Positions 24,302 through 37,260 of a stretch of 64,000 nucleotides of DNA are shown here, piece by piece; positions within the stretch are counted from its first letter, which is position 1, and every line of letters begins with the position of its first letter. The notes under the pieces were generated by a model. That model did no database searches and was not told where the DNA came from. It was given only the letters and a program-made list of their open reading frames with translations. The stretch comes from Psammoneis japonica (lineage: Eukaryota), in the NCBI GenBank assembly GCA_008632985.1, contig QPGO01000033.1, positions 62,001 to 126,000 of the forward strand, read 5' to 3'. Both the position numbers and the translations under genes were made by a program.

Positions 24302-26106
24302 ATGAGAATACAAAGCTCTAGAAAACCGCTGATCCACAGAGCGGTCAGTTGTTTGGTCCTGCTCCTTGGCGTCGTTGCGCCGAGACAAGCTAGTGTGTCG
24401 GCTTTCTCGTCTTCAGCTCGGCCTATAAGGCAGCATCAACAGTACATAATTTCGCCAGCTGTGGCTCAGAGCAAGGTCGATATCCGAGATCGCTTTGCCG
24501 ACCGAAGACGCTCGGCTTCAACTTCTTCGGCTCTCAAGGCGAAAGCTTCCGATAAGGTTGATTGGGACGGTGTGACGCCCCAGGTATACCCGCAGCGATG
24601 GGTTCAACTTGGCTATCTTTCTGTTTTGGCGCTTCTTAGCGACTGGATTTGTTTTTCCACTGCAGCAACACCGGACGTATTTGAAAGCTCTTTTGGTCAT
24701 TCGTCCGCAAGCCTCATTGATATGTTTCTCTTCACGAATGTTGCTAGTTGCTTTGTCGTAACTGATGTTGTAGCCAAATTTGGCCTTCAAAGGACAATTC
24801 AATTTGCTGCTGCCTTAATGGCTGCCGGGTGTTGGCTACGAAGTGGACTTGGTTTCTTAGTTCCCGCAGCACATGCTTTTGGTATAGATTCCAGTTTGTT
24901 GGAGGCATCTACTTCGAATGCGGGGCTCGTTCCCTACCCTTTTCTTTTGGCGGGAACTCTCATGGTGGGTGCCGCACAACCCTTTTTCCAATGCACGCCT
25001 CCGCTTCTTTCTGCACAATGGTTTGCTAGTGACGAACGTGCCACTTCGACGGCCGTGGCGCTGAATTTCAACCAGATTGGGATTGCTACCGCGTTTTTGG
25101 TCGGCGGAGCCATGGCAACGACATCATCGGGCATTGAATCGTATTTTGCTCTTATTGCTGTACTTTGCACATTGGTAGCAACCGGTACCTTTTTGCAGTT
25201 TGAGGACTTGCCTCCAACTCCACCGAGTTCATCTGAGCTTGAGAAGCTTATGAAGGGGGAGAAAGAACCACCGTTCATCGAATCGGTCAAGACTTTCTTT
25301 CAGACGCCCGGATTTACTCGTCCTTTAGGGGCATTTATCTGCAGTATTTCCATCACGAATATTGTTGGGGTAAGAACATGCAATATTTGAAATCTTGGCA
25401 TTGCTTCCTTGCTTACCCGCTTTGCCATTTTTCATTGCCATCTGATTTGACGTGGTAGGCTTTTATCGACGAAGTCATGGAGCGCGGTGGTATTACCAAT
25501 CAGTTTCAAGTTGATCTGGCCGGTGCAGGGTTTGAACTAGCCATTCTTTTGGGCGGAATTATCATTGGTGGATACGTGGATAGAACAAAAAAATACAAAA
25601 GTGTGACCTTGGGTTGCATTGCCATGTCCTCATTCTTCCTGCTACCTCTTGGTTTGACGGAACACGCCATTGGAAAGGAGCCCCTCCTCCTAGTTGCCAG
25701 TCTCATTGGTCTAGGTATGGCCGCTGGCCCCGTTCAACCTATCAATGCGGAACTTGCTGTCGATGTCACCTATCCCGGAGACGAAACCGCTGTGGAGAGT
25801 GTGCAGCAGATTGGAGGCAATCTCTTTTCCGCCTTGTTGGTGCCCATCGCTGAAAAGGCAGCTAGGTCAGATATTCAGTTGCTCCCAAAGATCCCCATAC
25901 TGGCTAGTGATATTCGTGGAGACGTTGTTGTGTTGGTGTTGATTGCAAGTGTAACGTATGCGTATTTCAGTGGCTTTAATGCACCGTTGAAACGGAGCAT
26001 TGCCGATTGCTCGGACGGGGACGGCACATGTGACTCACCCGTTCTAAACACGGAGAATGTGGTTGTCGACGTTCCGTTGAAAGAATTGGAGAAAGCTACG
26101 AAGTAA
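24302..26106 (+). CDS. MFS transporter (FLVCR/SLC49-like) with plastid-type presequence; intron 25370-25458
   Basis: VSA-FSS presequence, VYPQRWVQL, AQPFFQCTPPLLSAQWFASDERATSTA, ELAVDVTYP; exons join as NIVG/AFIDEVM. Confidence 0.85.
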
Positions 26107-26635
26107 GAAGTTGGGGAACGCTACGGTAGGTCTTTTACACCGAACTGTACAGATGAAGCTGAGGTTGTTGCAGCAGTTGATTTTTAACCATAATGCATAC
26201 TTCAGGTCTTTTGTAGTGATCTGCGATATGAATAGACAAATTGTAGCTTTGCTCATAGTCTAACGAGATTATGCAACCGGTAGCAGCTACGCAAAACTGA
26301 AAACAAGGACCAAAGAAGATGCTACCGTATGGTAAGCTACAGTACAGTAGCCCTACTGGTCGTAAGAGGGCAATGGTGCAGGGTATGGATACCGGTAGGT
26401 GTCTGCGGCCGGGCGGCGGCGTCTCCTGATGCAAGAACGACGTCAGCAGGTGGCGTGTCGCGGCGCCGAGTGAGTCACCACCGCACTCACTTTTATTTTC
26501 GCGTTCACCGTTCGCAACTCGCAACAATTTCGAAAAAATGTGGTGTTTGTCGGCTAGAGCTGCATTCTTTTCCTAATTACACTGTCGCTTGACTCAGTCC
26601 CATCGATAACCTACAGTCTTTGATTGGATACAGAA

Positions 26636-27205
26636 ATGTTTGCTTCGAGACTGTTGCGTCAAGCCTCTCGAACGACGAGTAGCACGGCGTACTTTTCTCC
26701 CTCCAGTCACCTGTGGTATCGAATCATCCCACCGCCAAGGGACAAAGGCGTGGAATCATCTTCTGAAAGTACTACAACGACTTCAAGAACATGGAACGTT
26801 CAAGTAGGTATCACAGACAGAGGTCTCGACGACTTGGGTGACATTACAAGAATCGAAATTCCACGCACAGCGGCCGCAAGCGAAAAGAGCACAAGTAAAA
26901 AGATAAACAGAGGCGATGATCTGGCTCGACTGCATTGGGAGGGATTTTCACGAAGCGATTCAGATGAACTGTATCATGCCGTTTGGGAATCGATTGAAGG
27001 TGTGACGTCTATTCCGTCTCCTGTCAGAGGCGAAATTCGGGCAAAAAGCGAAACTGCTGTTGTTGAGGTTCACGAAGACACAATTTTGGCCGTCATTTCT
27101 TGCAACGAAATGGAAATCCAAGAAGCGACGAGAAACTGGGTTGGTCAACAAGAGTATGAAGCTCTGGTTAGCAGACAGCAAGTAGGCCGATTTGCCACCG
27201 ACTGA
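26636..27205 (+). CDS. Glycine cleavage H-protein-like (single hybrid motif) protein, probably mitochondrial
   Basis: FSPSSHLW, VGITDRGLDDLGDITRIEIP and ESIEGVTSIPSPVRG match the GcvH layout; Arg/Ser-rich N-terminus. Confidence 0.6.
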   Translation: MFASRLLRQASRTTSSTAYFSPSSHLWYRIIPPPRDKGVESSSESTTTTSRTWNVQVGITDRGLDDLGDITRIEIPRTAAASEKSTSKKINRGDDLARLHWEGFSRSDSDELYHAVWESIEGVTSIPSPVRGEIRAKSETAVVEVHEDTILAVISCNEMEIQEATRNWVGQQEYEALVSRQQVGRFATD

Positions 27206-27379
27206 GTAATTCAACGAGAGCTTCATGGAGCTCCACGACAATCGCGATGGAGGATGTACCGTAGCTGCTACAACCACTTCTTCGAACTCCGATGATGATT
27301 TCCAATTATTCTTATGCCAGCATTAACAATGTCGAACGCATGCACTAGAGTAAAATTGTAAGCTTGCACAATGAGTAAC

Positions 27380-28600
27380 ATGTCACCGAATGTGGTTTAA
27401 ACCAGACATTTAGTTTGCGTTGTTTCCCCTTTCCATTCAAGAACTTGGTCGTGAATGGCAATTCTGAGACATGACTCTGAAGACAGTGTGAAAGGGGCGT
27501 CTTGTGACACGAAAAAACAGCTCATCACAATCACACATAAAGAAAAAGAGAAGCACGAGTCATTCCACCAAAATGTTTCCCAATGCCCCCAAGCTCCAGC
27601 AAATGACAATGGGATGGGGCATTTGGTCTGCCAGTTGAGCACAAATGTTCACCACTTTGCATTTTGCCCACACAACAAAAAGAACAGAGGTGGATGTGAA
27701 CACTGCTGCAAACTGCCATGCTTGAGATGCAGCCAGCCCCTTCCAGCGGCACAACATGTGACCAGCGGATCACGCAAAACAACAACACCGTGGTTCTTGA
27801 ATTGCCCACACAAATGGTCATGTCATTGTTTGATTTCAAATTCTGTGCAATCATGAAAAAAGCAAATTTGCGGGCATGGCAATGCCCAGCAGCTGTCAAA
27901 AGATGTTGCGCACCCAACCTTTCATTGCAGTTGGACCCAGCTTGCACAAAGGACAGCTGGCAATTGGAGGAGGGAGGGGCCACAATGAAGGGGCAGCAGC
28001 AGCCAGGGATGACTTTGCTGCACTGCCTGCAACCTGGGCATGTGAGCCACCCCCAAGCCAGCATCAAAATCGCTGTCTGCTCCTCTCTGCTTCTGACACA
28101 TGCAGTCAAACACACTGTCAGATGTGCAAGAAGCTGTGGCTGTGTCAAGTGCTTGTCTGTGAAACAAGTGAGAAGAGTTGCGTGAACTCTGTCTGCAGAT
28201 CTGCAGGGTGTGAACCTCCTCGATGCACCTGCCAATGCACACAGCAGTGCAGGACGACACTGCTCAACCACAAACCTTGGTGCCAGCCCAATTTTTTATG
28301 ACCATTTTTGTCAATTACATGCAAGTCACTGTGCATGAAATGCCACCCATGCTGGGAGTGACAGCTGGCCCTGCTCCTGCACGACAAGCTGCAGAGAGCT
28401 GAGCCACGAGAGGGGCCAGGCAAAAAGAAGAGACATTGTGCTCATTTCTCTGAGCTGTGTCTCCCTCTCCTGGCAGGATGAGAGATCATGCCAGTGACAA
28501 TGCTCCTCCTCTCAGTGCATCCTGCTGGGTTCATCCCTGCTCAAGTTGGTGCTGTTTGAGCAGGTGGAGGCAGAGCAGAAGCGGGCAAATGCCCAGGTGA
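27380..28600. mobile_element. Decayed TpA/CpG-depleted repeat fragment, family not identified
   Basis: Same compositional signature as the identified transposon blocks; only overlapping Cys/His-rich, Tyr-poor ORFs. Confidence 0.5.
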
Positions 28601-28766
28601 CGGTTGGACGCACGGACGAAACGACGTCTAGAGAGTCCGTCCGTCTATCACGCGGAACGACAGCCACACGAGATGATGCTTTCTGCGCGACGAGGAAAAA
28701 AGCCGAAACAAAAAACGCACATCACACACATCAGACAACAAAGAGCAGTATAGTAGGCAATACATA

Positions 28767-31700
28767 ATGGAACCCCCGGATCAACAGCAGCTCCAACAAT
28801 TGCATCATTTGCACAAGTCTAAAAAAGAAGGCCGTGGTGCGAAAGAAAAGAAACGTGAAGCTCGCGAAAAGGCCCAGGGCAAACAAAAGGAACGTCACAA
28901 TGCCCGTGCCTTTGGTGTCGCCAATGTCGGTCGTACGCAACGTCGGATTCAACGTAATTTGGATATTCAACAACAAAAGGAATACGTCCCACTCAAGGAC
29001 CGTCGATTATTGAGTAGTGGAGTTCAAGAAGAACAACCGCCGCCACCACTTGTCGTTGTCATGGGCTCAACCGGTGTGGCAAGACGATTTTGATCAAATC
29101 TCTCGTCAAATTGTATACCAAACACAGCTTGACAACCGTCACGGGTCCCATTACAGTCGTGACGGGCAAAACAAAACGCATTACGCTCTTGGAATGTCCC
29201 AACGACACGGCCGCCATGTTGGATTGTGCGAAAATTGCCGATTTGGTGCTACTCGTGGTGGATGCCAAGTTTGGATTTGAAATGGAAACCTTTGAATTTT
29301 TGGGCATGCTACAAACACACGGCTTTCCCAAGGTGATGGGTGTCTTTACGCATTTGGATCAATTCCGGACGGCCAAGAATTTACGAAAAACAAAAAAATT
29401 GCTCAAGCACCGATTTTGGACCGAATTGTATCAAGGAGCTAAAATGTTTTACTTTTCGGGAGTGATCAATGACAAGTATCTCAAGAATGAAGTGCAACAA
29501 TTGTCGCTCTTTTTATCAAGAGTCAAGGTACTGTATGGATATTTGATGTTTGTTGAATGTGTGCTGCTTTTATGATTATGATTGACGCAAAACCAAATTG
29601 GTGACTTCTGTCTGATGCTATATACTATTGCATGAAGGAGAATCGTGTGTTTGCATGTGCTTGTAAAATACGGGCATTACCATGAATCGTGATGAGATTG
29701 CGACTAGATTGTTTGTTTGCGGTGGTATGGCTTCCAATCTAACAGTTTGATTGTTCTTTCTTTTATACACAATTTCCATATAATATAGTACCGCCCCCTC
29801 ATTTGGCGCAACACTCATCCATACCTCTTGGTGGATCGACACGAAGACATTACACCTCCGGGGAAAAAGCAAGAGGATCCCGACTGCGATCGGACCGTAA
29901 CCTTTTATGGTTATGTTCGTGGGACACACTTGAAACCAACCACCAAGGTGCACGTATTGGGACTGGGTGATTACAATATGGAGCAAATGAGTGTCTTGGC
30001 CGATCCGTGTCCATTAATCAGGGATGATGAAGAAAACAAATCACTACGAAAAAAGGATTCAGTCTTGTTTGCGCCATTGTCCAACGTGGGTGCTGTTTCC
30101 TTTGACAAGGACGCAGTCTATATTGACATTGGCCGTGTCAATTACACCAAACAGGAGAACCTGTATGCCAAGGAGAATGACGACGAAGACAATAGTATCG
30201 AAAAAGAAAAGGATTCCAGTGATGATGAGGAAAATGATGAAGGTCCGTCGGGGTTGTTGAAAAATTTACAAAATGTCAAATTGGGCGTGGACGAAAAGAT
30301 GCGGCACTCCAAACTTCGATTGTTCAAGGACAGTGCTGCCATCGCTGCTTCACGCGACAGCGACAGCAGTAGCAATGAGGAGAGTGACAAGGAGCAAGAA
30401 GAAGAGCGACGTGAAAAGATGAGGCTGGAATTGGAACAATTGACCAAGCCCTTTCGTCGTCGACAGCAGCAATTGGCGTCGGGCAATGACGATGAGCAAG
30501 AGAGCGAGAGTGACGATGATTCCTCAGAGGATGACAGTAGTAGCGAGGACGACGATAGTGATTCGGATGGTGATGCTTCCGAAAAGGAGGACTGGAGTGA
30601 CAATGAAGCAGACGACGAAGCAGAGGAAGCGCCTTCTCCTGAAAAGGAAAAGAACCATACGGGTGCATCTTGGAAGGTACATCTAGCAGATCGCGCAGCA
30701 CAGTCCTTCTTTAGTCGTCAAGCAGAACATATAAATTTGCAAGAATTGGTGTATGGAACAGCGACCAACATTATCAGCGATGATGACGAAGGGGTCGACA
30801 AGGACGACAACAAGAGTGACGGCGAGGACTCGGATTCCTCAGACGATGAATTTTTCAAGGTTCGAAAAACGGGCGGTGGTGGATCCTCTTCTCGTACAAG
30901 GAAATCTGGAAGCAATAGTGCGCCAGAAGCTGTAAGTGTCTTGGGAGAGATTGACTCCTCACGAGTATTGTCGCTAGACGAAGAACAAGCTCCGTTCGAC
31001 CCAACTCCGTGGCTGGAAGAGGGCGAAGACTGTTTACTAGAGTCCATTCGAGACAAATTTGTAACTGGGAAATGGCAAACCGGAGACGAAGACGACGAAG
31101 AGTTTGGTGATTTTGAGGACCTTGAGACGGGAGAACGCTTTGGTGCGGCTGAAGCTAACGAGGCTGATGACGACTCTGACGATGACGCGATTACCGAGGG
31201 CATGACCGACCAGGAGCTTCGTGAATACAATGCTCAAAAGAAAGCCAAGCAAAAGTCAAAATTCAACGAAGACTATGACGGAGAGAAGAAGGAAGGAAAA
31301 GGCGACCCTAATGATGAGGAGGCTGAGAACGACTATGTGGAGAGTCTCAAACGAGAAAAGGAAGCTCGTCTCAAGCGCAATCAAGCAGAATTTGGTGAAG
31401 ACGGCGAGCGCTCACGTCTGCGTCACGAAGGATTCCGTCAAGGCTTGTATGTAAGAATTCAGATTGATGGAATTCCCGCCCATTTTATTGAATCCTTCCA
31501 GCCAGAACTACCTCTTGTTATTGGCGGCCTGACGCCCCAAGAGACTAATCTTGGTTACATTCGTTGCCGCTTCAAGAAACACCGCTGGCACAAGAAGATC
31601 CTCAAATGCAACGACCCCTTGGTATTCAGCGTGGGCTGGCGGAGGTTTCAGAGTATTCCAGTGTTCTCTACCGAAGACCAAAACGGTCGCCATCGGTACG

Positions 31701-32779
31701 TCTATGTTTTCATCATTACTATGTACTGTAGACTAGTTTCATCTGAGCTAACCCCTTCACACTGCCCGCACTTCCTTGGAAAGCTATCTCAAGTATACTC
31801 CGGAGCATATGCACTGCCATGCCACCTTCTACGGACATCAAGTGCCGCCCAACACTGGCATACTTGCAATTCAGAGGTTGACGGGTAATGTAGCGGGGTT
31901 TAGAATCTCCGCTACCGGAGTTGCGCTTGAATTGGATGCGTCTTTCGATATTGTCAAGAAGCTCAAGCTTGTTGGGAACCCATTCCGAATTTACCGCAAT
32001 ACGGCCTTTATCACTGGAATGTTCAACAGTGATCTCGAGGTTTCACGTTTCGAGGGTGCCAGCATTCGAACAGTGTCTGGGATTCGAGGGCAAGTCAAAA
32101 AGGCGCTCCGCGAAGGCCAGCCTGGATCGTTCCGTGCCACGTTTGAAGACAAGATTCTAATGAGTGACATTGTGTTTTGCCGAACTTGGATGCCTGTGGA
32201 AATCAAGAAATATTACAACCCCGTCACGAGTCACCTTGGTACTGATGGTTGGCGTGCAATGAAGAACAAAGCGCAGCTACAAATTGAGACGGGCACACCC
32301 ATTGAGGTCAATCCCGATTCAATTTACAAGCCTATTGAGCGTCCCGAGCGCAAGTTTAACAAGCTGCACATTCCAAAACGACTGGAAGAGGCTCTACCGT
32401 ATGCGAAACAAAGCGCAAGAAGAAGAGCTATGTATCGAAAAGAGCAGTGAGTTGCTGTTCTATCTTTGAAATGTTGCTGTGTCGTCCTACTGTATGACTT
32501 TTTCGTCTCATCTCTGGTTTGCAATCCCTCTCTTTTTAGGTTGTCATGGAAGCAGACGAAAGGAAGAAGCACACGTTCCTGCAGGCACTCAATTCAATCC
32601 GCAACGAAAAGGTGGCAAAGCGAAAAGTAAAGAACGCGGAGCGTACAGAAGCCAAGGCTAAGCAGAATGCAAAGAAGGAGGAAGCACTGGATGCTGTTCG
32701 AAAGGCAAATCGGAAGCGACAATACCGCAGTGAAGGCAAACGCGAAAAGATGAGAGAGGCCAAGCGGCTCCGGTCTTGA
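28767..32779 (+). CDS. BMS1: Ribosome biogenesis GTPase BMS1; multi-exon with a 1-bp frameshift in the P-loop near 29080
   Basis: [17 protein letters not shown](G)[95 protein letters not shown]. Confidence 0.95.
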
Positions 32780-32877
32780 GTTAGCTCTCTACGCTTTTAC
32801 CTTGTACTCTCAGTCCAGTGGTCAATTATCACGCTGCAGACGATATCGTTCTCTATCTTGCTTAAAATAGTGATTCA

Positions 32878-34236
32878 CTATGGTTGTCCCTTGTTATTCT
32901 GCTGCTGTTGCACAGCCTGAAAGCGGTTGTCGAGTATTTCATAAACTCGTTTTGCAGGTGCACGATTCTCCATCTTGTATCGATAGCATGCATACATTGC
33001 TGTCTTCATGGCCTTAATGGTCGGATCATTGCTCTTCTGTACATCCTCGGATAAAACGGGAAGGTTCCAATTGTCCGTGAGCAAGGGAAGGCCTTTATCA
33101 TCCAACTCACTCTTGTCATTGAAAGCATACGGACGTGTTCCTGTGAGCAGGAAAAAGATGACACTTCCAAGATGATAAATATCAGTCTTCTCCGAGAGAT
33201 ACTTTTTGTAAGTTTCCTCGGGGGACGAGAATTTATCTCTTGGTCGTTTCCGCACAAGTGGCCATCGCTGATATCCACACTTTTCTTTTGCTTTGGTATT
33301 CCACCCAAGAAAATAACCTTGATTAAAGTCTGACAGTTTCAGGACCGATCTATCAAGCGAAAACATTAGGTTTCCTCTTCTCACGTCGCCATGAGCAATC
33401 ATGGCATGGGGTCCTCCGCCTACTCCATGCAGTGCAGCCATTCCAGCGGAAATGTCTCGTGCATATCGAAGCTTTTCCATTGTCGTCAACACCTGATGGT
33501 CTTCAAACTCTGTCCCAATCTCATTCAGCACAGACGTTCCACAGAAACCGTAAATGTCAATAACATTGGGTGACGCTGATGTCCGCTCGCTCGCAATGGC
33601 GTCAAGCACTTGTCGGTAGTACGACAAATGAGAAAAGCCAGTTTCTTGTTGTAACGTTTTCATAACCACCGCACTGTCCATGCCTTTTGCAAGTTTCCAC
33701 GCATCACGTTGCTTTCCTGCACCAAGAAACGTGACAAACAAATCTCGCGGTCGTACGCTGGTTTCTTGAGTTGTATTGTCGTTGTTGTTGATGCCCAGTA
33801 AAAAGTCAATTTCGTGAAATTCATTGCATGTCGGATAAAAACGAGATTGCCAATCTGCGGCAGGGACACAATTTTCGTGTTGTTCACTGTCGTCAAGAAC
33901 TTTTGGGTTGCGAAGAATGCTGACAGTCTCTCCGGCTTGGCTCTTGTGTCGTTCGCCATTGTACATGTCCACGACGGATCGATTCGATTTTGCTTTATAG
34001 GTATCCGCTGATAGAAACACTATGATAGGATGAGACCGTAACGGTGATGTTCTTGGCTGTATTTGAATATCATTGAGTTGCTTTTGTGACTGCATGAGAT
34101 CAACCACTTGAATTCCAATGCAAACGGTTTCAAAAGCGGCGCCAAGAACCAGTGCCGCCCATAGGAACCGCCGGATCAAGGCTCCAGCAGCAGAACACAT
34201 CCAAATCATGCAGCTCGACTCTCTTTGTTTCTTCAT
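32878..34236 (-). CDS. Membrane-anchored protein kinase-like protein (secretory pathway type)
   Basis: N-terminal TM; FLGAGKQRDAW, VVMKTL, AHGDVRRGNLM, LKLSDFNQG, SPEE, KTDIYHLG. Confidence 0.78.
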   Translation of the reverse strand: MKKQRESSCMIWMCSAAGALIRRFLWAALVLGAAFETVCIGIQVVDLMQSQKQLNDIQIQPRTSPLRSHPIIVFLSADTYKAKSNRSVVDMYNGERHKSQAGETVSILRNPKVLDDSEQHENCVPAADWQSRFYPTCNEFHEIDFLLGINNNDNTTQETSVRPRDLFVTFLGAGKQRDAWKLAKGMDSAVVMKTLQQETGFSHLSYYRQVLDAIASERTSASPNVIDIYGFCGTSVLNEIGTEFEDHQVLTTMEKLRYARDISAGMAALHGVGGGPHAMIAHGDVRRGNLMFSLDRSVLKLSDFNQGYFLGWNTKAKEKCGYQRWPLVRKRPRDKFSSPEETYKKYLSEKTDIYHLGSVIFFLLTGTRPYAFNDKSELDDKGLPLLTDNWNLPVLSEDVQKSNDPTIKAMKTAMYACYRYKMENRAPAKRVYEILDNRFQAVQQQQNNKGQP

Positions 34237-34671
34237 TCCTTTGAATCAATCAACAATCAAATAACCATGTCACTCCTTGCTCCTTGTTGTTGCTGGTGTT
34301 GTTTTCAAAGTGCTACTAGTTCGTCATGGCGGCCCTCGAAAAGTGGTCAGAGGTCATTTCAAAAATTTCAAAATGCCAGCATAATTTTGTTATTCATGTA
34401 TGGATAGAACTTATGACGATGTAGCACATCCGCCGAAATCACAGCAAGGACTTCTGAGTGAGTCGTCCTACAGCATTATCCCGAGCAATCTACAAGTACT
34501 ACCGGTAGAACGAAAGCATTCATCTAGAGTAGAAGTACTATTCAAAGTCCTTCAAGGGACTCAACTCTGTAGTAGCTAGCATTTAAAATATATAGCCCAA
34601 AACTGCTTAACATTGCTCAAATCCACTTCTCTAGCTGCATTGATCATTTGCTCGCAAAAAACAATGTCTCT

Positions 34672-35598
34672 TTACAATGCTCCCTTGCCCGTAATTGCCT
34701 TTGTTAGCTTTTCATTAATGGTCAATTCAATCATACCCTTAGGAGCAAGCTTGATGAATGCAGGAAAGAATCCCGCCCACAGCATGAGAACGCCCTCGTT
34801 GGACACAATCTTGAAGAAGCAATCCATCATGCCATTGTAATCTTTGGATCCGTCCTTGCCAACTTTTTGATTTTGAGTACGACTTTTAATTACATCAAAC
34901 GGATTGGATGCTAGTGTCGCAATAAAGGAAGCCACCATGGCGGAGGTAAACATGAGGGGCACCCCTCCACCCAACTGACCGTTCTCTCCAAAAAGTCCCG
35001 AGTTTGTCAACTTGAGTTTGATTTGAGACGCAAACGCCAATTGGCACGCGGACAAGACCATGGCTCGTAAAACCGTCACTTTGGCACCCGTCCATAATTT
35101 GAGAATGCCTTCTTCGGACGCAATTCGTACAAGCGCGTCGCCGACGCCCTTGTAGTTTCTCCGTTCGTTCGGCGGCAACTTGGAATCGTTCGACATGCGA
35201 ACCAAGGACACTTCGGACGGCGTCCCGACAAAGGATCCAATCCCACCCGACGTCATGCCCATTAACATTTTCTTTGCAAAGGGAATCATATTCTTATCCA
35301 ATCCCTTGGCAATATTATCTTGCTGCGCCGCTTCGAGCAAAAAGGCATAAATGCCAATACGACACGAACCATACAACCACTGCCGGAGGTAGGCTGCCGA
35401 AATGCCGGCATACAAACCACGGACGCCTTCCTTTTTTCGAATTTGTTTTCCCGCATCCAACATATTCTTGTATTCGGCTCCTTCGGTTTGCATTTGAACG
35501 CGAATGACATCGAAGGGATGCGTAAAGGTGGCACCTCCCATGCCTGAAAAGGCGGCAATCACCATTTTGAGAATCAACGAACCAGCGGCTGCAACCAT
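34672..35598 (-). CDS. Mitochondrial carrier, 2-oxoglutarate/malate or dicarboxylate type
   Basis: Three PxDxxKxR-type motifs (HPFDVIRVQMQ, TPSEVSLVRM, NPFDVIKSRTQ), GLYAGISAAYLRQWLY, LPPNERRNY. Confidence 0.9.
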   Translation of the reverse strand: MVAAAGSLILKMVIAAFSGMGGATFTHPFDVIRVQMQTEGAEYKNMLDAGKQIRKKEGVRGLYAGISAAYLRQWLYGSCRIGIYAFLLEAAQQDNIAKGLDKNMIPFAKKMLMGMTSGGIGSFVGTPSEVSLVRMSNDSKLPPNERRNYKGVGDALVRIASEEGILKLWTGAKVTVLRAMVLSACQLAFASQIKLKLTNSGLFGENGQLGGGVPLMFTSAMVASFIATLASNPFDVIKSRTQNQKVGKDGSKDYNGMMDCFFKIVSNEGVLMLWAGFFPAFIKLAPKGMIELTINEKLTKAITGKGAL

Positions 35599-35961
35599 TT
35601 TGTTTTTAATGTGAATTCCAATGAAAAAGAGTAATGTGTCGGCAATGCACAAGCAAGTTAGCCGTTGTTGCGTGTCGCTGTTCTCAGTGGTAGCCCTCTA
35701 GTCTAAAAAAAATGAGCAGATCACGACGTCGGAGGGAACTTCCGATGACGTTTTGAGATGACGTCGACAAAACTGCTGGAAGATGGACGGACAGACAAAA
35801 GAGACGAGAACTCCATGAGAAGAGCAAAAAACGAGCTCGACGTTTACCACTTACCGACCTGCATACTTTCACCGCCGCAAAAATCTTGCGTAGATTTTGT
35901 ACTGCAACCTACGGAGGCAATCTTCCTCACACAACTACGTCGTTGTAAAACAAAATCCACC

Positions 35962-36977
35962 ATGGTATGATCAATTGAGCGCTTTCTGATTTATGTTTTT
36001 GCTCATCAACACTCCGATCTCACTCTTAAAATCATCTTCTTCTCTATTATCCATAGGTATTTGTCAAGGTCCAGAAAAGCAAGGCGTATTATTCGCGTTA
36101 TCAGGTCAAGTTCCGTCGTCGCCGCGAGGGCAAGACGGACTACCGTCAACGCAAACGTCTCTGTACGCAAGATAAGAACAAGTACCAATCGCCCAAGTAC
36201 CGTTTGGTGGTTCGCTTTACCAATCGGTTCGTCATTTGCCAAATTGCCTATTCGCTCGTCGATGGCGATCGCATTCTGGCCCAAGCCACGTCGAGTGAGT
36301 TGGCGCGGTATGGATTGAAGGTGGGTCTCAAGAATTATGCCGCCGCCTATTGCACCGGACTCTTGGTAGCGAGGCGTTTGTTGCAAAAGGTGGGACTAGA
36401 CGATATCTACGAAGGCAACACCGAAGTGGATGGAGAAGTCGTCAAGACGGATTACGACAAAAAGACGTATTACGTCGAAGAAGTCGATGACGACAAGCGC
36501 CCCTTTCGTGCGCTCTTGGATGTTGGTTGTCGTCCCACCACGACGGGAGCACGCATCTTTGGTGCACTCAAGGGCGCGGCCGACGGTGGTCTCGATGTTC
36601 CTCATTCGGAAAAGCGTTTTCCCGGTTACGACCGTGACGGAAAGGAGTACGATGCCGACATGCACCGTGAACGCATCTTTGGAGGACATGTAGGAGAGTA
36701 CATGGAATACCTCGAAGAGGAAGATAACCAAAAGTACCAAGAGCACTTTGCGTCCTTTATTGCGGAAGGAATCGAGGCGGATGGTTTGGAGGAACTCTAC
36801 GAGAGTGTCCACGAAGCGATTCGTGCCGACCCGAGTCCGGCTCCCAAGAAGGACTTTGCGCCCGACAAGTCCTTCAAGCGCAAGGCCAAGCTTACGCTCG
36901 ATGAGCGCAAGGCTGCTGTGCAGGCCAAGAAGGATGCCAAGATTGCTGAGCTTGAAGAAGAAGAGGATGATGAGTAA
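35962..36977 (+). CDS. RPL5: 60S ribosomal protein L5 (uL18); intron 35965-36056 directly after the ATG
   Basis: Spliced N-terminus [71 protein letters not shown]. Confidence 0.97.
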
Positions 36978-37260
36978 GCACTTAGTAGTAGTGGGTCTAG
37001 TAGTGAGCTTGTTTTAGTTTGCTTTTTGTTACGTCTTACTGTAAGTAGAACTTCTGCACTAAACATTGGCTTTTGATGACAGCGATCGGCATACATGCCA
37101 GTTATGGCAGTACTGGATAGTTGTTGTTGCCAGACATGGACCAGGGAGTAATCTGCTGCCGCTGCCAATAAAAAGTAAGTTTAGTTTGTGAGGCGCTTGG
37201 ATTAGCACACCAGCCAAAGGACGAAAGAAGCAAGGCGACCGCGACGACCAACGACCAACC

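Noticed and set aside
28200..28300. AHSSAGRHCSTTNL as a tyrosine recombinase (Crypton-like) motif
   Set aside because: One short degenerate match with no supporting motifs.
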